Source of the DNA: Acidimicrobiia bacterium
Lineage (GTDB): Bacteria; Actinomycetota; Acidimicrobiia; Acidimicrobiales; Aldehydirespiratoraceae
Direction of reading: 5' to 3'
Assembly: GCA_030432715.1 (NCBI GenBank)
Contig: JAUIML010000001.1
Coordinates: 4,962 to 68,961 of the forward strand
DNA length: 64,000 bases
Shown: piece by piece, positions 50,583-57,682 of the stretch
Numbering within the stretch: the first letter of the stretch is position 1
Layout: every line of letters begins with the position of its first letter
The notes under the pieces: model-generated
What the model was told of the DNA's origin: nothing
Seen by the model: only the letters and a program-made list of their open reading frames with translations
Database searches by the model: none
Position numbers and translations under genes: made by a program

Positions 50583-51377
50583 TCACGACGCGGAGAAGGC
50601 GACCCGGAAACCCATGTTGCCCGTCGACGTGTCGTAGGTGTTCGACGAGCGGGCTCCGACCCGGTAGCGGTTGCAGTACGAGTCGTGGCAGAGGTAGCTG
50701 CCGCCGCGGATCACCTTGTGGTGGGGTCGGCCGTCGAAGTCGTCGGCACACCACTCCCACACGTTGCCGGCCACGTCGTGCAGACCCCAGCCGTTCGGCG
50801 CGAACGCGCCCACGGGGTTCGTCCCGAGATACCCGTCGTCGAGCGTGTTGGTCACCGGGAAGTCTCCCTGCCAGATGTTGCAGCGGTGGATCCCGTCGGG
50901 GGTGAGTTCGTCGCCCCACGCGTACTCCGCCTGGTCGAGACCACCGCGTGCCGCACGCTCCCATTCGGCCTCGGTCGGCAGGCGGCCGCCGACCCACGAG
51001 GCGTACGCCACGGCCTCCTCCCAGGAGACGTGGACCACGGGATGGTCGCCGATGCCCTCGAGATCGCTGTGGGGACCGAAGGGGTGACGCCAGTCGGCTC
51101 CTTCCACCGCGCGCCACCACTCGGCGCCGACCACCCCGCGGGTGGGCGGGAAGTCATCGGGCAGGAGGCCGCCGAACACGAACGACCAACCCTCGGCCTC
51201 GGCGATGGTCCTGAAGTTCGTGGCCGCCGCGAAGGCGGCGAAGTCGTCGTTGGTCACGAGATGCACGGCGATCTCGTACGCATCCGTGCGCACGTCGCGG
51301 ACAGGACCCTCCCGATCGGCGGGGAACCGGCCGTGTTCGGTGCCCATCCGGAAGCTGCCGGCCTCGACGGCGACCAC
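50583..51377 (-). CDS. Formylglycine-generating enzyme (SUMF1/FGE family)
   Basis: The start VAVEAGSFRMG aligns with mycobacterial FGE starts. It also has RLPTEAEWERAARGG, GNVWEWC and the catalytic pair GGSYLCHDSYCNRYR. Confidence 0.9.
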   Translation of the reverse strand: MVAVEAGSFRMGTEHGRFPADREGPVRDVRTDAYEIAVHLVTNDDFAAFAAATNFRTIAEAEGWSFVFGGLLPDDFPPTRGVVGAEWWRAVEGADWRHPFGPHSDLEGIGDHPVVHVSWEEAVAYASWVGGRLPTEAEWERAARGGLDQAEYAWGDELTPDGIHRCNIWQGDFPVTNTLDDGYLGTNPVGAFAPNGWGLHDVAGNVWEWCADDFDGRPHHKVIRGGSYLCHDSYCNRYRVGARSSNTYDTSTGNMGFRVAFSAS

Positions 51378-51485
51378 GGCCGGGCGCGGTCCCCCCGCAT
51401 CGACCGGGGGCGTGACAGAGGACCGTGGATCACCGTCCCGGGACGGAGTGCAGCAGGGCCCCTCGCTCAGCGGCCGCTCAGACGT

Positions 51486-51833
51486 TCAGGACGCGTTGCG
51501 CATCGCGTCGCGAGCGCGCTGCTCGGCGACCCGCTTGCGACCGATGATCGGCGTGGTGGGAGGGAAACCGGCTTCGGCCCGCTCCGACTCGCTCTCGCCG
51601 CCCCAGAACCCGAGTTCCCGGTTGGTCCGGGCGTAGTCGCGGCACGAGGACAGTCCCACGCACCCGTTGCAGATGACGCGGGCCGCGGCCTCGCGCCGAA
51701 CCCTCGCCTCGGGCCGCTCGGCGAACGGCGCGAAGAAGAGTTCGCTGTGACCGGCGCACGCGGCCACGTCCATCCACTCGGTCGAGCCGACCGGTCCGTT
51801 CGGCGTCTCTGCCGGTTCGATGATCTCGAGCAC
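51486..51833 (-). CDS. WhiB-family transcriptional regulator
   Basis: Four Cys in C-X28-C-X2-C-X5-C spacing (AACAGH...ICNGCVGLSSC), a GFWGGES turn and a basic tail. Confidence 0.88.
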   Translation of the reverse strand: MLEIIEPAETPNGPVGSTEWMDVAACAGHSELFFAPFAERPEARVRREAAARVICNGCVGLSSCRDYARTNRELGFWGGESESERAEAGFPPTTPIIGRKRVAEQRARDAMRNAS

Positions 51834-52130
51834 CTGTCACACCCGCTTCCCTGGAGCCCTCCCCACGCGGTCGGCGTGGTGGCGGTGCCCCGTTCGGCTA
51901 CGGGAAGCAACATAGGAAACCACCAGATGAAAGTCCCGTGAACAGCGATGATTCTTCGCGCTAGGCACCATCGCGAAAAGCGATCGACCACGCTCCGTCG
52001 GTCTGTCGGACAGAATCCCGCCTGACGGTGTGTCAGCTCACCGTCGCGCCAAGTCGGGCCCGGAGAACGACGGTCCGCGTCCGATCGAGATTTCGTTCGC
52101 TCCGCAGAACGCTCGTAGGGTGGCCCCTTC

Positions 52131-52781
52131 ATGGGGCCACCCGTCGTTCTCCTCCACGGCTTTGCCACCTCGACCGAACGCACCTGGCGCGAGCCGGGAT
52201 GGTTCGACCTCCTGAAGGACGCCCGTCGTCGGGCGTTCGGCATCGACCTTCTCGGCCATGGCGAGGCCGACAAGCCGACCGACCCGGCGGCCTACGACGA
52301 TCTCGTGTCCCCGGTGATGGCCCAGTTCCCGGAGACACCGGCCGACGTGGTCGGCTACTCGCTCGGCGCCCGCACCGCCCTCCAGATCGCCATGGACCAC
52401 CCCGAGCGGGTCAACCGCCTGGTGCTCGCCGCGGTGGGCCGCAACCTGGTGGCGAGCGACGAGGCCGGCCTCGACGACCACACCGCCGGCCACTTCGACT
52501 CGCTGATCGCCACCCCGGGCAACGACCCCGAGGCCCTGCGGGCGTGCATCAGCCGCGAGCGGCGGCCGTTCACCGCGGCCGACCTCGCCCGGGTGCAGGC
52601 ACCGTGCCTGATCGTCATCGGCACCGACGACTTCGCCGGACCGCCCGAGCCCCTGGCCGAACTGCTCCCCGACGCAACGATCAAGACCCTGCCGGGCATC
52701 GATCACTTCGGCCTGCCGAAACAGTTCTCCTTCATCGACGCTGCTCTCGAGTTCATCGACGCCGTGCCCACTTGGGACTGA
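52131..52781 (+). CDS. Alpha/beta hydrolase
   Basis: VVLLHGFATS and nucleophile elbow GYSLGA. Confidence 0.85.
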   Translation: MGPPVVLLHGFATSTERTWREPGWFDLLKDARRRAFGIDLLGHGEADKPTDPAAYDDLVSPVMAQFPETPADVVGYSLGARTALQIAMDHPERVNRLVLAAVGRNLVASDEAGLDDHTAGHFDSLIATPGNDPEALRACISRERRPFTAADLARVQAPCLIVIGTDDFAGPPEPLAELLPDATIKTLPGIDHFGLPKQFSFIDAALEFIDAVPTWD

Positions 52782-52784
52782 GCG

Positions 52785-53981
52785 TCAGGCGACGACACCG
52801 TCGTCGTGCAGGGTCCCGATCTCGGCGCCGGTGAGTCCGAGCTGCTCGGCCAGGATCTCGTCGGTGTGCTGACCGAGGCGCGGGGCCGGCCGCGGCTCCT
52901 GGGGCAGGAGCCCGTCGAACGCGACGGGCGAACCCGGGCTCAGGTAGGTCCCGATGCCGGGCTGGTCGACCTCACGGAACATCTCGCTCTCGGTGGAGCA
53001 CCGCGGGTCGTCGTCGACGAGTTGGAGGAACGACTGGTAGCGACCCCAGCACACGCCGAGTTCGTCGAAGCGAGCGCCCACCACCGACAGCGGGTTGGCC
53101 TCGATCCACGGGGCGACGCAGGCGATCACCTCGGCCCGGGCCCGGAACCGGTCGCCCTCGTCGCCGAAGTCGTAGCCACCGGCCGCCTCCACCGCGGCGA
53201 CCGCGTCGGTCGACTCCGTGGCCTCGAGCAGGCTGCTCCACTGCTTCGGGCTGATCCCCACCGCGTAGACACGCTCGTCGTCGGCCGTGCGGAATTCGGC
53301 CCCGAAGGCACCGTAGAGGTCGTTGCCGTAGCGCTGGCGTTCGGTGCCGTTGATCTGGGCCTCGCCGACGTGGCCGAGCGCGGCCACCGCGGCGATGGCC
53401 ACGTCGGAGAGCGCAAGGCTCATGTTGGCCCCGACGCCGTTGCGCAGCCGGTTGCGGTCGGCCGCCAGCAGGCCGAGCGCGGCGGTCTGGCCACAGACCA
53501 GATCCCACGCCGGGAGCACGTGGTTGACCGGCTCGTCGTGGTCGACCGGTCCGGTGACGAGTGGATACCCGAGCGCACAGTTGACCGTGTAGTCGAGGGC
53601 CGTCGAACCGTCGCGGTTGCCGGTCAATGCGAGCATCACCAGATCGTCGCGACCCTCGGCCAGCGTGTCGTAGCCCATCCAGCCCCGAGCCGGGAAGTTG
53701 GTGAGGAACGTGCCCGCCCGTCGGATCAGCTCGGTGAGCAGCTCGCGGGCCCGGGGGGAACGCAGGTCGACGGCGATCGACCGCTTCCCCTTGTTGAGTC
53801 CGGCCCAGTAGATCGATTCGCCCTGCTCGGTGAGGGGCCAGCGCCGAGCGTCGAGGCCGCCACCGATCTGGTCGAACCGGATCACATCGGCGCCGAGCTG
53901 GGCGAGCGTCATCCCGCCGGAGGGGGCGGCGACGAAGGCCGAGCCTTCGATGAGTTGCAGGCCGTCGAGGGGCGGGATCAT
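52785..53981 (-). CDS. CoA transferase, family III (CaiB/BaiF)
   Basis: LDGLQLIEGSAFVAAPSGGMTLAQLGADVIRFD...NKGKRSIAVDL. The start is chosen at ATG 53981 to avoid overlap with the upstream gene. Confidence 0.88.
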   Translation of the reverse strand: MIPPLDGLQLIEGSAFVAAPSGGMTLAQLGADVIRFDQIGGGLDARRWPLTEQGESIYWAGLNKGKRSIAVDLRSPRARELLTELIRRAGTFLTNFPARGWMGYDTLAEGRDDLVMLALTGNRDGSTALDYTVNCALGYPLVTGPVDHDEPVNHVLPAWDLVCGQTAALGLLAADRNRLRNGVGANMSLALSDVAIAAVAALGHVGEAQINGTERQRYGNDLYGAFGAEFRTADDERVYAVGISPKQWSSLLEATESTDAVAAVEAAGGYDFGDEGDRFRARAEVIACVAPWIEANPLSVVGARFDELGVCWGRYQSFLQLVDDDPRCSTESEMFREVDQPGIGTYLSPGSPVAFDGLLPQEPRPAPRLGQHTDEILAEQLGLTGAEIGTLHDDGVVA

Positions 53982-53992
53982 GCGGGAGCGGT

Positions 53993-55459
53993 TCAGCCGA
54001 TCCAGCTGATGGCCTGCAGCTCGCTGTAGGCCTCGATCCCCCACTTGCCGCGGTCACGACCGACACCCGACATCTTGAAGCCACCGAACGGAGCCTCCAT
54101 GTGCGGCTGGATCACGTTGAGACCGACGCAGCCGGTCTCGAGCTGCTGGCCCAGATGGAACGCCCGCTTGGTGTCGCCGGAGAAGACGTAGGAGTAGAGG
54201 CCGTAGTCGGAGTCGTTGGCCAGCTGCACGGCCTGCTCGTCGTCGTCGTAGGGCATGATCACGATGACGGGGCCGAACGCCTCTTCCCGCACGACGTGCA
54301 TGTCGGGCGTGCAGTCGGCCAGGAGCGTCGGGGCGACGAAGTAGCCGGGGAGATCCGGACGCTCACCACCGCAGACGAGCGTGGCGCCCGCGTCGGTGCC
54401 CGACTTGATGAACTGCTCGACCCGGTCGCGATGCAGCTCGGTGATGACCGGGCCGATGATCGTGTCGCGTTCGGTCGGGTCGCCGACCTTCATGAAACCG
54501 GAGAACGTCTTGAGCGTCTCGACCAGCTGGTCGTAGATGTCGCGATGGGCGATCACGCGGGTCGGCGCGGTGCAGATCTGCCCGGAGTGGAAGCCCCACA
54601 CGGTGGCGATGGCCTGTGCCGCGGTGCCGATGTCGGCGTCCTCGGTCACGATCGCCGCGCCCTTGCCGCCGAGCTCCATGAGGAGCCGCTTCATCGTCTT
54701 GCCGCCGTTCTCCATGATCTTGGCGCCGACGGGCGACGACCCGGTGAACGAGATCATGTCGACGTCCTTCGAGTCGACCAGCGCGGCCGGCGCCTCGGGC
54801 CCGGACCCGTTGATGATGTTGACGACCCCGGGCGGGAACCCGGCCGCTTCGACCGCCTCACCGACGAGGAAGATGCCGAGCGGGTCCTGCGGAGCCGGCT
54901 TGATCACGGTGGTGCATCCGGCGGCGAGGGCCGGGGCGATCTTGCCCGCCACGTTGGTGACCGGGAAGTTGTAGGGGGTGATGCAGGCCACCACACCGAC
55001 GGGTTGCCGCTTCACGTGGGCGCTCATGAGCCCGGCCGGGCCGAGCGGGCCCTTGGCGGTGGGGATCGGCGTGAGGTTCTCATCGAGGTCGATGGGCTTG
55101 GCGTAGTAACGGAACCGATCGACGGCCGGACCGCCGACCTGCAGCGTCTCGGTCGTACCGATCGTCGCGCCGGTCTCGGCCTGGACGGTCGCCACCCAGT
55201 CGGGTGAGCGCTTCTCGATCTCGTCACCGAGACGACCGATGTAGTCGCACCGTTCTTCGCGCGAGAGCGCCTTCCATCCGGCGAAGGCTTCCTTGGCAGC
55301 CGCGGCGGCGTCGTCGGCCTGCTCGATCGTCGCTTCGGGGGCCCGGCCCACGACCTGGGTCGTGCTGGGGTCGATGATGTCGTAGGTGCCCGCGCCGGGG
55401 TCGACCCACTCGCCATTGATCAGCAGCTGCCACTTCTTGTCGACGTCGATCGTGCTCAT
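53993..55459 (-). CDS. Aldehyde dehydrogenase family protein
   Basis: FTGSSPVGAKI, LMELGGKGA, catalytic GQICTAPTR. Start at MSTIDVDKKWQLLINGEW. Confidence 0.92.
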   Translation of the reverse strand: MSTIDVDKKWQLLINGEWVDPGAGTYDIIDPSTTQVVGRAPEATIEQADDAAAAAKEAFAGWKALSREERCDYIGRLGDEIEKRSPDWVATVQAETGATIGTTETLQVGGPAVDRFRYYAKPIDLDENLTPIPTAKGPLGPAGLMSAHVKRQPVGVVACITPYNFPVTNVAGKIAPALAAGCTTVIKPAPQDPLGIFLVGEAVEAAGFPPGVVNIINGSGPEAPAALVDSKDVDMISFTGSSPVGAKIMENGGKTMKRLLMELGGKGAAIVTEDADIGTAAQAIATVWGFHSGQICTAPTRVIAHRDIYDQLVETLKTFSGFMKVGDPTERDTIIGPVITELHRDRVEQFIKSGTDAGATLVCGGERPDLPGYFVAPTLLADCTPDMHVVREEAFGPVIVIMPYDDDEQAVQLANDSDYGLYSYVFSGDTKRAFHLGQQLETGCVGLNVIQPHMEAPFGGFKMSGVGRDRGKWGIEAYSELQAISWIG

Positions 55460-55602
55460 GGCACGGGACTCTATCCCTGAGGGAGCGTCGGGGACGAAGC
55501 CGTCTCGGCGTCGGGGTCGTGACAGTGGGGATGTCATTTTCGGGCCGAGCGAATAGCCTCCGCAGCAGTACCGAACAACGCAGTACCGACCGAGGAGTCC
55601 CA

Positions 55603-56802
55603 ATGGCTGAAGCCGTCATCGTCGCAACATCTCGCACGCCGATCGGCCGCGCGAACAAGGGCTCGCTGGTCGACGCCCGCCCGGACGACATGTCGTCGTT
55701 CATCCTGGCCGACGTCATGGGCAAGGCCGGCGTCGAAGCCGCCGACGTCGAAGACGTCATCTGGGGCATCGGGCAGCCCGGCGGCGAGGGTGGCTACAAC
55801 ATCGCCCGCGTCATCTCGGCCATGCAGGGCCTCGAGATCCCCGGCGTCACGGTCAACCGGTACTGCTCGTCGTCGCTGCAGACGATCCGCATGGCGGCCC
55901 ACGCCATCAAGGCCGGCGAGGGCGACTGCTTCGTCGCCGGTGGCGTCGAGACCGTGAGCCGCTACATGTACGGTGCCGCCGACTCGGGTCCCCACAACGA
56001 ACTGTTCGCCGACGCCGAGGCGCGCTCCAAGAGCCGCACCGGCGGCGAGGACGGACCGTGGACCCCGGCCGAGGGCGTGCCCGACATCTACATCGCCATG
56101 GGCCAGACGGCCGAGAACGTGGTGGAACACACCGGGATCAGCCGCCAGCGCCAGGACGAGTGGGGCGTCAGCTCCCAGAACCGGGCCGAGGCCGCGCTCG
56201 AGCGAGGGTTCTTCGAGCGGGAGATCACGCCCTACACCCTTCCCGACGGCACCGTCGTCTCGAAGGACGACGGAATCCGCGCCGGCACCACCCTCGAGAA
56301 GGTGTCGCAGCTCCAGCCGGCCTTCCGGCCCGGCGGCACCGTCACCGCGGGCAACGCCTGCCCCCTCAACGACGGCGCCTCCGCCGTCGTGGTCATGAGC
56401 GACACCAAGGCCAAGGCCATGGGCATCGAGCCGATCGCTCGGATCATCTCGTCGGGCGTCTCGGCCCTCAACCCCGAGATCATGGGCCTCGGCCCGATCG
56501 ACGCCTGCCGGCAGGCCATGGCCCGCGCCGGCATGACCATCGGCGACATCGACCAGGTCGAGATCAACGAGGCGTTCGCCGTCCAGGTCCTCGGCTCGGC
56601 CGACGAGCTCGGCATCGACCTCGACAAGCTCAACCCCAACGGCGGCGCCATCGCCCTCGGCCATCCGTTCGGCATGACCGGCAGCCGCATCATGACCACC
56701 CTGCTCAACGGCCTCCAGGATTCCGGCGGCACCATCGGCATGGAGTCGATGTGCGTCGGTGGCGGCCAAGGCATGGCCATGATCGTCGAGCGCCTCAACT
56801 AG
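55603..56802 (+). CDS. Acetyl-CoA C-acyltransferase (thiolase)
   Basis: VNRYCSSSLQ active-site Cys, NPNGGAIALGHPFGMTG, CVGGGQGMA. GAGGAG Shine-Dalgarno upstream. Confidence 0.93.
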   Translation: MAEAVIVATSRTPIGRANKGSLVDARPDDMSSFILADVMGKAGVEAADVEDVIWGIGQPGGEGGYNIARVISAMQGLEIPGVTVNRYCSSSLQTIRMAAHAIKAGEGDCFVAGGVETVSRYMYGAADSGPHNELFADAEARSKSRTGGEDGPWTPAEGVPDIYIAMGQTAENVVEHTGISRQRQDEWGVSSQNRAEAALERGFFEREITPYTLPDGTVVSKDDGIRAGTTLEKVSQLQPAFRPGGTVTAGNACPLNDGASAVVVMSDTKAKAMGIEPIARIISSGVSALNPEIMGLGPIDACRQAMARAGMTIGDIDQVEINEAFAVQVLGSADELGIDLDKLNPNGGAIALGHPFGMTGSRIMTTLLNGLQDSGGTIGMESMCVGGGQGMAMIVERLN

Positions 56803-56813
56803 GCGTCTTACCC

Positions 56814-56842
56814 GAGAAAGGCGCGCTCAGCGCGCCTTTCTC
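56814..56842. terminator. Bidirectional stem-loop between convergent genes
   Basis: gagaaaggcgcgc-tca-gcgcgcctttctc, a perfect 13-bp stem with a 3-nt loop. There is no U-tract on either side. It overlaps the stop of the minus-strand gene. Confidence 0.7.
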
Positions 56843-57674
56843 ACCCGAGATCGGGTTGCTCGAGATCGGAGAACCAGAGACGGGCGGCCGTTCCCTCGAG
56901 GACGGCCGCCCGTGTCGCGTCCGGGAGCCCCTCGACGGCGCGGCGCGCGAGGTCGGCCAGCTCGGAGTAGCTCCGGTCGCGCACCTGGGGGTGGTCGGAT
57001 CCCCAGGCGAGACGATCGCCACCGACCAGGTCGACGAGGCGGCCCACGGTGGACGCGGGGTCGAGCGTGCTGTCGTCGAACACCCCGGTGCTCAGCTTCA
57101 CGACCACGTTGTCGTGGGCGGCGAGGCCGGCCAGTCCCGCCTCGTCACCGCCGATCGGGACGAAGCCGGCGTGGTCGAGGGCGAATTCGATGTCGGGGAA
57201 GGCCTCGACCAGACGGGCCGCGGCGTCCAGCTCCTCGGCGAGGCAGCAGATGACCGGCGTGAGCCGATGGGCCCGACACACCTCGACCACGTCATGACCG
57301 CGGTCGCGGTCGAGCCAGCTCTCGCGGGGCCGGGGTATCGAGAACAGCCGGATCCCGGCCGCGCCACCGGCCGCCGCATGTTCGACCGTGGTGATCGGTG
57401 ACGGGTCGAGCTCGCCCACCGCGGCCACCGAACGCCATCGATCACCGAGCGCGAGTGCGGACTCGAGAACGTGGGTGTTGTCCACGCCGTGGGCACCGAC
57501 GGCCTGCACCAGCACGCCGCCGTCGACCCCCGAATCGGCGAGCCGCCCGGCCACCGCAGCCGGCGACGCGTCGACCGCCTCCCACCACGCACCGTCGGGG
57601 TGCCCGCTCCGGTCGGGGCCGGAGGTGGCCGGGTCGACCACATGGAGATGAGCGTCGATCATTCCTCCTAGCAT
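56841..57674 (-). CDS. Amidohydrolase-family (TIM-barrel metal-dependent) hydrolase
   Basis: MIDAHLHVVDP and C-terminal LAWGSDHPQ. The alternative start ATG 57662 is directly preceded by GGAGGA. Confidence 0.8.
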   Translation of the reverse strand: MLGGMIDAHLHVVDPATSGPDRSGHPDGAWWEAVDASPAAVAGRLADSGVDGGVLVQAVGAHGVDNTHVLESALALGDRWRSVAAVGELDPSPITTVEHAAAGGAAGIRLFSIPRPRESWLDRDRGHDVVEVCRAHRLTPVICCLAEELDAAARLVEAFPDIEFALDHAGFVPIGGDEAGLAGLAAHDNVVVKLSTGVFDDSTLDPASTVGRLVDLVGGDRLAWGSDHPQVRDRSYSELADLARRAVEGLPDATRAAVLEGTAARLWFSDLEQPDLG

Positions 57675-57682
57675 CGCAGGTC

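Noticed and set aside
50583-51485. Extending the FGE ORF upstream to include the CCTPSR-encoding codons.
   Set aside because: There is no ATG/GTG/TTG between the whiB stop and GTG 51377. The GTG start also aligns with known FGE N-termini.
51834-52130. ~300-bp region upstream of whiB, considered for a small ORF or ncRNA.
   Set aside because: It has no convincing ORF or conserved structure. Long 5' regions are common for whiB-family genes.
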